This document shows positions 14,587-22,987 of a DNA stretch of 39,984 nucleotides, piece by piece. Each line of letters begins with the position of its first letter. The first letter of the stretch is position 1. The translations under genes were made by a program, and so were the position numbers. Under the pieces are notes generated by a model, which saw nothing but the letters and a program-made list of their open reading frames with translations, was not told where the DNA came from and made no database searches. The DNA comes from a virus. Where the stretch lies: positions 1-39,984 of the IMG/VR virus record IMGVR_UViG_3300045988_010917. One strand, 5' to 3'.

Positions 14587-14926
14587 ATACATCGAGCGCA
14601 CGGAGGAACTCATGCTTGCCATGAACGCCGGGGCGAGGGCAATCGAGAACACAAGGCGCTATCACGGTGCTATTTACACCAAGGATGTGTTCTCGGAGAG
14701 CCCACAGGAAATCCCATACTTGCAGGCCGCCAAAGTGTTGCGGGAAGTAAGCGACGCTCCCGCCGCTGATGTGGCCCCGGTGGTACATGGACAATGGATT
14801 GAGGATCATGATTATCTCAAATGCCCAGAGTGTGGCGTGATGGTTAAGTGGGATTTTACATTTTTCGATATTGGAAATTGGAATTACTGCCCCAACTGCG
14901 GGGCGAAGATGCAGGAGGTGGAGTGA
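14579..14926 (+). CDS. Hypothetical protein, paralog A (MAEYIER...AADVAPVVHG family) with a C-terminal zinc ribbon.
   Basis: It shares a 21-nt identical 5' end (ATGGCTGAATACATCGAGCG...) and the AADVAPVV block with 15187-15498. CPECG...CPNCG are present. Confidence 0.6.
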   Translation: MAEYIERTEELMLAMNAGARAIENTRRYHGAIYTKDVFSESPQEIPYLQAAKVLREVSDAPAADVAPVVHGQWIEDHDYLKCPECGVMVKWDFTFFDIGNWNYCPNCGAKMQEVE

Positions 14927-15187
14927 ATGAACGATATCACAAAGCAACCGTATTCCAAGTGGCTGGAAGAATCCCTGAAAGTTATTTCCGAGTTTAAGCC
15001 AGCGTGCCTGTGCATTGCAGCAACTTCCCCGGATGGTGAGACATTTACCGGATACTATAACGCTGATGCAACAGACAAGGCAGTTTTTGCACACCACATC
15101 CAAAGTGATGTGACAATGGACATTATCCGGGCGAACATCGCAACAATAAAAGTGATGCTTGAAGATTGCGATGCGGAGGGTGAATGA
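14927..15187 (+). CDS. Hypothetical protein.
   Basis: ORF between the two paralogs, abutting both. Confidence 0.55.
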   Translation: MNDITKQPYSKWLEESLKVISEFKPACLCIAATSPDGETFTGYYNADATDKAVFAHHIQSDVTMDIIRANIATIKVMLEDCDAEGE

Positions 15188-15498
15188 TGGCTGAATACAT
15201 CGAGCGAGGCGCGTTGATGCAATTCCCCATCCGTCGCGATCATTACGACAGAAAGAACGGCAACAGGCATTTTATAAACGGCATTGAATCGGTGTTGGAA
15301 TATGCGGAGAATTTGCCAGCTGCTGATGTTGCCCCGGTGGTGCGGTGTAAGGAATGCAAGTGGTTTGCGGATAATAACGACGGGGGGTGGTTTGGTTGCT
15401 GGCTCTTTCAGACCATCCGGATTATCCCAGAAGATGCACCTAAACCTGACGATTTTTGCTCCTACGGCGAACGGAAGGACGGTGAAACCGATGCTTGA
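15187..15498 (+). CDS. Hypothetical protein, paralog B (MAEYIER...AADVAPVV family).
   Basis: See 14579-14926. The start is ATG 15184 or 15187. Confidence 0.6.
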   Translation: MAEYIERGALMQFPIRRDHYDRKNGNRHFINGIESVLEYAENLPAADVAPVVRCKECKWFADNNDGGWFGCWLFQTIRIIPEDAPKPDDFCSYGERKDGETDA

Positions 15499-15634
15499 TG
15501 ACTGCAAATGGATGCAGGACGAAATATGCGTCAATGCGGATTGCCCAGCGTGCGCGGACTATTGCCCGGTGGCCAATTATCCCGGCGTGTGCCGGTTCGA
15601 GGATAGAGGTGACTGCGATGCTCAAGAGAGTTAA
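15491..15634 (+). CDS. 47-aa Cys-rich protein with a ferredoxin-like CxxCxxxCP motif (below the ORF-track cutoff as an ATG-started ORF).
   Basis: MLDDCKWMQDEICVNADCPACADYCPVANYPGVCRFEDRGDCDAQES. It overlaps its neighbours by 8 and 17 nt, as is usual in this operon. Confidence 0.45.
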   Translation: MLDDCKWMQDEICVNADCPACADYCPVANYPGVCRFEDRGDCDAQES

Positions 15635-15911
15635 TGGGAAGCCGGTGCCAAATAATCCGGCCAAGGCATACGAGCTGGGCCGCCTGGATGGCACCAAACA
15701 ATGCATGGACAATGTTTCCTGCGTGCTGCTGGACAAGTGCGGATTCCATGTGCGGGAGGAGACGGCGGACGAGCACGACACCCGCAGCCTGGAATACTTA
15801 CAGCAGTGCCTTGTGGAGCTGGTGGAGGCAAAAAACAACGGATATATCAAGATGGCGGACATCGAAAAGGCCCTGCATGGGGAATATAAGATGGTAAACA
15901 GCGCGGAGTAA
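15618..15911 (+). CDS. Hypothetical protein.
   Basis: The internal ATG 15618 follows GAGGTGA. The upstream part of the track ORF (15495-) looks non-coding and overlaps 15491-15634. Confidence 0.55.
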   Translation: MLKRVNGKPVPNNPAKAYELGRLDGTKQCMDNVSCVLLDKCGFHVREETADEHDTRSLEYLQQCLVELVEAKNNGYIKMADIEKALHGEYKMVNSAE

Positions 15912-15921
15912 AGGAGGGGAA

Positions 15922-16386
15922 ATGAGCAAAAAGGCGACACTGCCTTATGATGTGCGGTTGGAGTGCATTGCTTATGTGCGTGGGTATCCGCGCCGGGTGC
16001 GGGCGTATCGCGAGGCCCGGGCGGAGATACTGGACGGGACGCACAGCGCTACGGAGGGCATGCCAACTGGATCGGGCGCTGGTAGGCCCGCCGAGAGCAA
16101 GGCGGAGCAGCTTGCAGCCATAGAGCGATGGCCGGAGACGCAGAAGATGCTTGCGGTGGAATACGCCATAGACCGCTGCGGCAGAGATATCGGCAGCGAT
16201 ACAATCCGGCGGCAGCTAATATATGGCATTATGCGCAACTGCCAAGGTAAGCACAAGTATGCCCGTAATCGGATCGTGATCCCGGGGATCAGCGAGAGGA
16301 CATTCAGTCGGAGGAAGGAGCAATTTTTGATGGATGTGGCAAAATACAGTGGTCTTTACACAAAAGATGGCACAAATTCCACTTAA
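15922..16386 (+). CDS. RinA/ArpU-like late-gene transcriptional activator.
   Basis: It is the last gene before the packaging module. The C-terminal ISERTFSRRKEQFLMDVAKYSGL resembles the RinA HTH tail. Confidence 0.55.
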   Translation: MSKKATLPYDVRLECIAYVRGYPRRVRAYREARAEILDGTHSATEGMPTGSGAGRPAESKAEQLAAIERWPETQKMLAVEYAIDRCGRDIGSDTIRRQLIYGIMRNCQGKHKYARNRIVIPGISERTFSRRKEQFLMDVAKYSGLYTKDGTNST

Positions 16387-16391
16387 TGATG

Positions 16392-16400
16392 TGCTACAAT
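16392..16400 (+). promoter_or_regulatory. Possible extended -10 element (TGcTACAAT) at the 5' edge of the structured non-coding region.
   Basis: TG at 16392-16393 and TACAAT at 16395-16400. No good -35 element was seen. Confidence 0.25.
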
Positions 16401-17165
16401 ATGTACAGTGGATGATAGGACATGGTCATCCACGCGATTTCCCAATCATCACTTTTCCTCCCTTCTATCTATGCGCCGCCGGTATTGGGCGCACCTTCTG
16501 GCACCGAAAGGTCATACCGGCACAAACAGCCTGTAGGGAAACCTATGGGCTGTTGTTATATGCCGTGCGCTCGTTGCACCCCACGATCCGGGGCGGGAGG
16601 TCGCACCTCCCACACGGCACAAACAGGACCCTCCGCACCTCTCAACGATGTGGCCCAGGAGGGACATTTAGGGGCGAATGTTCCAAGGCTGGCGAGGCGG
16701 TCTCCAAAACCGCTTGGGTGGGTTCGATTCCCAACCGTCCCTGCCACATGTATGCTACCGCATTGCGGCACCACGGAAGGGTAAGACCGCTACAAGGGGC
16801 TTGCCTGTGCGCTGTATGAAAGCGGCAGGCCGAATAATTATTTGGCTGGCTCCGGCCTATGGATAAAGAAACGGATGCGACCGACATACCGGCGCAGGGC
16901 TGAAAAGTTCCGTGGGATACCGGCATTACTGCGCTCTGAGCGAGTGCCGAGGCGTTCAATGGATGTGGCGTGGTGGCGGCAATCGTATGATTAGGCCGCT
17001 GTGTAAGCAATTCAAACAGAGCGCAATGCCGGGACCTGTGAAAAGACATTGCCCCTCTGCGGGCAGACTGTGTAACCCATGTTTGAGAGCTTCCAGAAGG
17101 CCGCATGGGAGGGGAAAGACTGTTACTGTAGCCAAGGGGTGGGGGCTGGTGACAAACAAGGAGGA
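16400..17165 (+). ncRNA. Large structured non-coding region. It is a candidate ornate phage ncRNA (ROOL/GOLLD-like class) with an embedded tRNA-like gene.
   Basis: About 780 nt has no credible ORF. The region is dense with GC-rich helices, for example 16408-16433 and 16473-77/16488-92, with loop 16479-85 pairing to 16514-20. Further helices are 16527-16552 with a GAAA loop, 16563-67/16613-17, 16595-16611, 16629-34/16658-63 and 16803-16830. CGGCACAAACAG is repeated at 16516 and 16614. Confidence 0.4.
16670..16746 (+). tRNA. tRNA-Trp(CCA)-like gene with non-canonical junctions.
   Basis: The 7-bp acceptor AGGGGCG/CGTCCCT is followed by discriminator G and an encoded CCA. The anticodon arm is GCGGT-CTCCAAA-ACCGC. 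The T-arm is GTGGG-TTCGATT-CCCAA. It is close to the E. coli tRNA-Trp layout. However, the D-stem is poor and there is one extra nt at both the 7/8-10 and 65/66 junctions. Confidence 0.55.
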
Positions 17166-17169
17166 AAGC

Positions 17170-18366
17170 ATGGAAATCACAAAACGGCGGCTTGCGGATA
17201 TTGTGCCGTATGCCGGCAACGCAAAAAAGCATGATAAACGGCAAATCAACAATGTTGCGGAGAGCATCAAGCAGTACGGCTTTGTACAGCCGATTGTGAT
17301 TGACCGCGACGGCGTGATTGTAATCGGCCACTGCCGCGCTATGGCGGCAAAAAAGCTGGGCATGGAAGAAGTGCCCTGTGTCTGCGTGGACGATCTGACA
17401 CCGGAGCAGGTAAACGCCCTGCGGCTGGTGGATAACAAGAGTAACGAGAGCGAATGGGACTTTGACCTGCTGGCTGATGAACTGCCGGGGCTTGACTTGT
17501 CTGCTTTTGACTTTGATTGGGGTCTGCGTGATGAACTCGACACGTCAGTGGTAGAGGACAACTACGATCCCGTTTTACCGGCAGAGCCGAAGAGCAAACT
17601 GGGCGATGTGTACCAGCTTGGAGACCATCGCCTTATGTGCGGAGACAGCACGTCTTTGACAGATGTACAGAAGCTCGTGGGGGGGGCACAAATGGATTTG
17701 CTGCTCACAGACCCCCCGTACAATGTGGACTATCAGGGCACCGCCGGGAAGATTAAGAACGACAATATGGAGGATGCGGCCTTCAGGCGTTTCCTGACGG
17801 ATGCATTCTCCAATGCGGCGATGGTCATGAAGCCCGGTGCTCCGTTCTACATCTGGCACGCAGACAACAGTGAAGGGTATAACTTTCGCGGTGCGTGCAG
17901 AGATGCGATGCTGCGTGTCAGGCAGTGCCTGATCTGGGTGAAGAACTCCCTTGTGATGGGGAGACAGGATTTCCAGTGGAAACATGAGCCTTGCCTGTAT
18001 GGTGAGAGCGAGATTGAAGAGGAAGCGCACGAACCTTGCCTGTACGGATGGACGGAAGGCAAGAAGCATTATTTCTTCAAGAACCGCAGGCAGACAACCG
18101 TGTTGAATTTTGATAAGCCTGTCAAATCTGCGGAGCATCCGACCATGAAGCCGATTAAGCTGTTTGATTACCAGATGCAGTGCTCCAGTAAGCCGGGGGA
18201 AAATGTTCTCGACCTGTTTGCTGGGTCCGGCACAACGATCATGGCGGCGGAGCAGAATGGCAGACACGCTTTCTGCATGGAGTACGATCCGAAGTATGCG
18301 GATGTCATTATTGATCGATGGGAAAAGTTTACCGGAGAAAAGGCGGTGCTTCTGAATGACGATTGA
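17170..18366 (+). CDS. ParB-like nuclease domain fused to an N6-adenine/N4-cytosine DNA methyltransferase.
   Basis: The ParB-like N-terminus is IVPYAGNAKKHDKRQINNVAESIKQYGFVQPIVID...GHCR. The DPPY motif is LLLTDPPYNVDY. The SAM motif is VLDLFAGSGTT. ATG 17170 follows AAGGAGGAAAG. Confidence 0.9.
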   Translation: MEITKRRLADIVPYAGNAKKHDKRQINNVAESIKQYGFVQPIVIDRDGVIVIGHCRAMAAKKLGMEEVPCVCVDDLTPEQVNALRLVDNKSNESEWDFDLLADELPGLDLSAFDFDWGLRDELDTSVVEDNYDPVLPAEPKSKLGDVYQLGDHRLMCGDSTSLTDVQKLVGGAQMDLLLTDPPYNVDYQGTAGKIKNDNMEDAAFRRFLTDAFSNAAMVMKPGAPFYIWHADNSEGYNFRGACRDAMLRVRQCLIWVKNSLVMGRQDFQWKHEPCLYGESEIEEEAHEPCLYGWTEGKKHYFFKNRRQTTVLNFDKPVKSAEHPTMKPIKLFDYQMQCSSKPGENVLDLFAGSGTTIMAAEQNGRHAFCMEYDPKYADVIIDRWEKFTGEKAVLLNDD

Positions 18367-18529
18367 AGAAGCGCGGGCGATCATTGAAAAAACAGGCAGC
18401 CCGCACCTAAAGCGGGACATGGAGAAGTTTATTAAACGCCAGCAGAGAAAGGAGGGCGCGTATGGCAAGGCCAAGAAAGGAAATAGATCAAAAGCAGTTC
18501 GAGAACCTCTGCGGCCTGCAATGCACGCT
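18356..18529 (+). CDS. Possible 57-aa ORF bridging the MTase and TerS genes (uncertain).
   Basis: The N-terminal half (MTIEEARAIIEKTGSPHLKRDMEKFIKRQQRKEG...) looks protein-like. It overlaps TerS by 68 nt and has a weak RBS. Confidence 0.25.
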
Positions 18530-18830
18530 TGAGGAAATCTGCGGCTGGTTTGATGTGACCGATAAAACATTGGATAGTTGGTGTAAACGCACCTATCATG
18601 CCAGTTTTTCCGAGGTATTTAAGCAAAAGCGCGGAGCTGGGAAAATTTCACTGCGTCGGAGCCAGTGGCAGCTTGCGGCAAAGAACGCAAGCATGGCTAT
18701 TTGGCTGGGGAAACAGTACCTTGGGCAGCGCGATATTGTTGAGCTGGGTTTGCCGACTGACAACACGCAGGATGACGCATTGAGTGTGAGTCTGCGTGAA
18801 ATGGCAGAAGGGTTGGAGAGCGATGATTAG
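18462..18830 (+). CDS. terS: Terminase small subunit.
   Basis: N-terminal HTH (FENLCGLQCTLEEICGWFDVTDKTLDSW). GKISLRRSQWQLAAKNASMAIWLGKQYLGQRD is typical of TerS. It lies immediately upstream of TerL. Confidence 0.8.
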   Translation: MARPRKEIDQKQFENLCGLQCTLEEICGWFDVTDKTLDSWCKRTYHASFSEVFKQKRGAGKISLRRSQWQLAAKNASMAIWLGKQYLGQRDIVELGLPTDNTQDDALSVSLREMAEGLESDD

Positions 18831-20043
18831 CCCGAAGCAGCAGAAGATCCTTGCTTTCCCCTATTCCAAGTATGATGCGCTGATCTGCGACGGTGCTGTG
18901 CGTTCCGGTAAGACCTCCATCATGATGTGGGCGTTCGTCCGCTGGGCGATGGAGAATTTCAGCGGTCAGCGCTTCGGTGTGTGTGGCCGCACGGTGGATA
19001 GCTGCACCAAGAACATCATCGTGCCGTTCACGGCGATGAGCCTTGCAAAGGAACGCTATATTATCCGCTGGCGGCGCGGCGACAAGGTTATGGAAGTGCG
19101 GCGCGGAGCCGTGACGAATTACTTTGAAGTGTTCGGCGGAAAGGACGAGGCCAGCTATACGCTGATCCAAGGTCGCACGCTGGCGGGTGTGCTGCTGGAC
19201 GAAGTGGTGCTGATGCCGCGCTCGTTTGTGGAGCAGGCGCTGACCCGCTGCTCCGTTGACGGTGCAAAGCTGTGGTTTTCTTGCAACCCGGGAAGTCCAC
19301 AGCATTGGTTTTATACAGAGTGGATCAAGCGAAACCGAGAGCGGAACGCGCTGTATCTGCATTTTGAAATGACGGACAACCCCGGGCTGTCGCAGAAAAC
19401 GCTGGAGCGGTATCAGTCGATGTTTACGGGCGTGTTTTATGATCGTTACATCCGTGGACTGTGGGTGCTGGCCGAGGGTCTGATCTATCCCATGTTTGAC
19501 GATAGCTGCATTGTGGACGAGCTGCCGGAAAAGGGAGAATACTATGTTTCCTGCGACTACGGCACGCTTAACCCGTTTTCTGCAGGACTTTGGTGCTGGG
19601 ACGGCAAGGCGGCCACGCGCATCCGTGAGTATTACTATTCCGGGCGCGAGAGCCAGAAGAACAAGACGGACGAGGAATACGCAGACGAAATTAAAAAGCT
19701 CATCGGTGAGGCAGATGTCAAAAGCATTATCGTCGACCCGTCTGCCGCCTCGTTTATCGAGGTTTTGCGGCGGCGCGGTTATATGGTGCGAAAGGCCAAC
19801 AACGACGTAACCAACGGCATTATGACTACGGCGCGGTTTTTGCAGGACGGCGTTCTCAAGGTGCATCGCAGCTGCAAAGACTGCATCCGCGAGTTTGGGC
19901 TATATCGGTGGGACGAAAAATCCGCCGATGACAGGCCAATCAAGGAAAACGACCACGCAATGGACGAAACGCGCTATTTTGCCTACACAATCTTGAAGAA
20001 TAAGGCGTATAAACGCGATTATGTCCCCATTTGGAGCAGATAG
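18823..20043 (+). CDS. terL: Terminase large subunit.
   Basis: Walker A motif CDGAVRSGKTS. A nuclease half lies at the C-terminus (DHAMDETRY). The ATG overlaps the end of TerS. Confidence 0.9.
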   Translation: MISPKQQKILAFPYSKYDALICDGAVRSGKTSIMMWAFVRWAMENFSGQRFGVCGRTVDSCTKNIIVPFTAMSLAKERYIIRWRRGDKVMEVRRGAVTNYFEVFGGKDEASYTLIQGRTLAGVLLDEVVLMPRSFVEQALTRCSVDGAKLWFSCNPGSPQHWFYTEWIKRNRERNALYLHFEMTDNPGLSQKTLERYQSMFTGVFYDRYIRGLWVLAEGLIYPMFDDSCIVDELPEKGEYYVSCDYGTLNPFSAGLWCWDGKAATRIREYYYSGRESQKNKTDEEYADEIKKLIGEADVKSIIVDPSAASFIEVLRRRGYMVRKANNDVTNGIMTTARFLQDGVLKVHRSCKDCIREFGLYRWDEKSADDRPIKENDHAMDETRYFAYTILKNKAYKRDYVPIWSR

Positions 20044-20076
20044 GAGTGAGCGGAGATTAAGACATATAATGACCTT

Positions 20077-21432
20077 GTGGCGGTGGGTGAGGATGAATGG
20101 GCGCGGATGGAGTTTATCCGAAGCGCGATCAACGAGCACCGCGAATCCCACGCATATAAGACGGCGGCGGATGCTGAGGAATATTACAACGGCCTGAATC
20201 CGACCATTAACCGCTATGAAAAGATCATCTACGATATGCAGGGCCGCAGCCACACGGATATGTGGACGGCGAACCACAAGCTGGCCAGCCGGTTTTTTGG
20301 CCTGGCGGTGGATCAGGAGGTTTCGTATCTGCTGGGTAACGGCGTAACCTTTGCGGAGAAGGAAACGCCGAACAAGCTATGCCCGGACTTCGATCAGGAA
20401 GTCATGGATGCAGCGCGTGAGGCGAAAATTGCGGGCGTGTCCTTCGGTTTCTGGGATTTGACGCATTTGCGTGTGTTCTCCCTGCTTGAGTTCGTCCCCC
20501 TCTATGATGAAGAAGACGGCGCGATGAAAGCCGGTATCCGGTTCTGGCAAGTGGCACCGGATAAGCCCTTGAGAGCAACGCTGTATGAGATCGACGGATT
20601 TACCGAGTATTTCCAGCCCAGCGGCGAGGATATGACCGTCATGCAGAAAAAGCGCAGCTATAAGCTGATCGAGCGCAAGGCGGAAGTCGGCGAAACAGAG
20701 ATTTACGACGGCGGGAATTATCCGAGTTTCCCAATCGTGCCGCTGAAGAACAATAAGCGGTGTCTGTCCGAGATCGTCGGCAAGCGCAACACCATTGACG
20801 CGCTCGACCTTGCGTCCTCTAACATGGTAAACAACGTGGACGAGGGCAATTTGATCTACTGGGTGCTGTCCAACTGCAACGGCATGGATGACCTTGACGA
20901 CGCAAAGTTTGTGGAGCGCTTGAAAACCACCCATGTCGCCCACGCCGACGGCGACGATGGCGCGAAGGTGGAGAGCAAGACCATCGAGGCACCGTATGAG
21001 GGCACAAGTAGCACCATTGATATGCTGAAAAAGAAGCTCTATGAAGATTTCCAGTGCTTTGACGCTGCGGCGGTGTCCGCAGGGAACCAGACGGCGACCG
21101 CGATCAAGGCCAGCTATGTGCCGCTGGATCTGAAAACAGACAAGTTTGAATCCGAGGTCACGCGGTTTATTGTTGAGATTCTGCGTCTGGCAGGCATTGA
21201 GGACCAGCCGAGTTATACGCGCAATCAGATCATCAACAAGAGCGAGGAAACGCAGAACATTCTTCTGGGTGCGGCGTATTACGATGACGAATACATCACG
21301 AAGAAGCTGCTGACCATCAACGGCGACATTGACCAGTACGAGGACATGGCAAAGCGGAAGGCTGCAGAAGAGATTGACCGGAGCTTTGCGGAACCGGATG
21401 CGCCGGAGGTGAGCGGCGATGGCGAACAGTGA
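20077..21432 (+). CDS. Portal protein (SPP1 gp6-like).
   Basis: Size, position after TerL and an acidic C-terminus support the call. The start codon is uncertain (GTG 20077 or ATG 20110). Confidence 0.8.
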   Translation: MAVGEDEWARMEFIRSAINEHRESHAYKTAADAEEYYNGLNPTINRYEKIIYDMQGRSHTDMWTANHKLASRFFGLAVDQEVSYLLGNGVTFAEKETPNKLCPDFDQEVMDAAREAKIAGVSFGFWDLTHLRVFSLLEFVPLYDEEDGAMKAGIRFWQVAPDKPLRATLYEIDGFTEYFQPSGEDMTVMQKKRSYKLIERKAEVGETEIYDGGNYPSFPIVPLKNNKRCLSEIVGKRNTIDALDLASSNMVNNVDEGNLIYWVLSNCNGMDDLDDAKFVERLKTTHVAHADGDDGAKVESKTIEAPYEGTSSTIDMLKKKLYEDFQCFDAAAVSAGNQTATAIKASYVPLDLKTDKFESEVTRFIVEILRLAGIEDQPSYTRNQIINKSEETQNILLGAAYYDDEYITKKLLTINGDIDQYEDMAKRKAAEEIDRSFAEPDAPEVSGDGEQ

Positions 21433-22987
21433 CCTCGGCCACAAGCTGACCGACAAGGAGCTTGCAAAGCTGGAGCGTCGTATTGCAAAACTATACCGCG
21501 AGGCTGGGAAAGAGCTGCAAGCTACCATCGACGCATATTTTGAGCAATTCAAAAAGCGCGACGAGGAAATGAAGGCTCTGATCGGCACCGTGCAGAACGG
21601 CAAGGAATGGACGGAGGCTGACTATAAGCAATGGCGGCTGAACCAGATCGGGCGCGGAGAACGCTATCAAGCTATGCGGGACAAGGTGGCGCACCGCATG
21701 ACCGATGCAAACGCTGTGGCGGTGTCCTACACCAACGATGCTACGCCCGGTATCTACTCCCTCAACCGCAACTATTCGGCGTACACCATCGAGCAGGTCG
21801 TGGGCAACGTCGGCTTTGACCTGTGGGACGAGCAGACGGTTAAACGCCTGATCGCGGAGCAACCGGAGTTGATGCCATACTATCCAAAGGGCAGAGCGCT
21901 GAAACGCGGGATTGATCTCGCATACGGCAAGAAGCAAATTACGGCCAGTGTCACCAGCTCCATCTTGCAGGGAAAGAGCATCAAGCACATGGCGGATGAC
22001 CTGCAAAAGCGCATTACCACCATGAGCCGCGATTCCGCCATTCGCACGGCCAGAACCGCCGTGACCGGCGCGCAGAACGCCGGACGCATGGACAGCTACG
22101 CGGCGGCGGAAAAGATGGGTATCAAGCTCAAGCGGGAATGGGTGGCGACGCTGGACGGCCGCACCCGCCACGCCCACGCAATGCTGGATGGCCAGCGGGC
22201 CGAAATAGACAAGCCGTTTAAGATCGATGGATACGAGATAATGTACCCCGGCGACGCTTCTGCGCCCGGTTACCTCGTGTATAACTGCCGCTGCACGCTG
22301 GTGGCTGACGTGGAAGGGGTGGACACCTCTGACGCATTGAGACGCACGCGGGATGGGCTGATCCCGGATATGACCTATGCACAGTGGAAAGACTTTAAAA
22401 CTGCGTCGCATAGTAGTATAATAAAGGCAAACAATAGCTGGAAGGTCATAGCCGACCCGATCACGCGAGCAACAATAGACAGCATACCTAAAATTGTACC
22501 GCAGGGCTTTACCAATGAAATGGCAGACCGATTGCAAGAGGCATATCAAAAAATATTGACCGAGGCAATGGCGCAGGAAGACATTCAGACCGAAGTGGGA
22601 GCGGTATTCAACATGCGGATGGAAAGAACTGCGGAAGTCACGGTCGGTAAGCGCAATCACATTAGTTTGCTGCCCCCGAATGAGCCGTACATATCGATCC
22701 ATAGCCACCCGGATAGCCTAATATTTTCCGCGAAAGACTTGCAGACATTCTCTGCAAATTTGGATATGCAGATGATGTCAGTGGTGGGGCATGATGGAAC
22801 GATTTACATCTTGCAGCGCACGGATGATTATGACGGATTCTTGTTTTTGAAAGATTTTTCGGAAGTGCAGAAGAAATTAAAGCGGCTGGCAGAAGAGAAC
22901 AAGCCGAATGAATATGTATCTGAAATAACAAGCTTTTTAGAGAGGAGCGAAAAATATGGCACACATTTTGACAGATACAGAACGTGA
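21419..22987 (+). CDS. Head morphogenesis protein (SPP1 gp7 / Mu F-like) with an extra C-terminal JAB/MPN-like domain.
   Basis: The MuF core runs to about 22320 (RTARTAVTGAQNAGR...ATLDGRTRHAHAMLDGQ...YNCRCTL). The roughly 220-aa extension contains ISIHSHPDSLIFSAKD (22700-22738), resembling the JAMM HxHx(6-7)Sx2D motif. Confidence 0.75.
   Translation: MANSDLGHKLTDKELAKLERRIAKLYREAGKELQATIDAYFEQFKKRDEEMKALIGTVQNGKEWTEADYKQWRLNQIGRGERYQAMRDKVAHRMTDANAVAVSYTNDATPGIYSLNRNYSAYTIEQVVGNVGFDLWDEQTVKRLIAEQPELMPYYPKGRALKRGIDLAYGKKQITASVTSSILQGKSIKHMADDLQKRITTMSRDSAIRTARTAVTGAQNAGRMDSYAAAEKMGIKLKREWVATLDGRTRHAHAMLDGQRAEIDKPFKIDGYEIMYPGDASAPGYLVYNCRCTLVADVEGVDTSDALRRTRDGLIPDMTYAQWKDFKTASHSSIIKANNSWKVIADPITRATIDSIPKIVPQGFTNEMADRLQEAYQKILTEAMAQEDIQTEVGAVFNMRMERTAEVTVGKRNHISLLPPNEPYISIHSHPDSLIFSAKDLQTFSANLDMQMMSVVGHDGTIYILQRTDDYDGFLFLKDFSEVQKKLKRLAEENKPNEYVSEITSFLERSEKYGTHFDRYRT

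Noticed and set aside
16400-16746. A tmRNA interpretation of the GGTTCGATTCC...CCA element.
   Set aside because: A complete anticodon arm with a 7-nt loop (CTCCAAA) directly precedes the T-arm, and the 5' acceptor strand lies only about 70 nt upstream. No tag reading frame ending in a stop was found. It is therefore tRNA-like, not tmRNA-like.
16670-16746. Stop-codon reassignment (a suppressor tRNA) as the explanation for the phage tRNA.
   Set aside because: The anticodon is CCA (a normal Trp codon), not UCA or CUA. All structural and replication genes are intact under the standard bacterial code.
16912-17169. The upstream 86 codons of the track ORF 16912-18366, and the other ORFs covering 16334-17331.
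   Set aside because: The translation (MGYRHYCALSECRGVQWMWRGGGNR...) is not protein-like, and the start is not preceded by an RBS. The ParB domain begins right after a perfect RBS at ATG 17170. The region is better explained as structured RNA.
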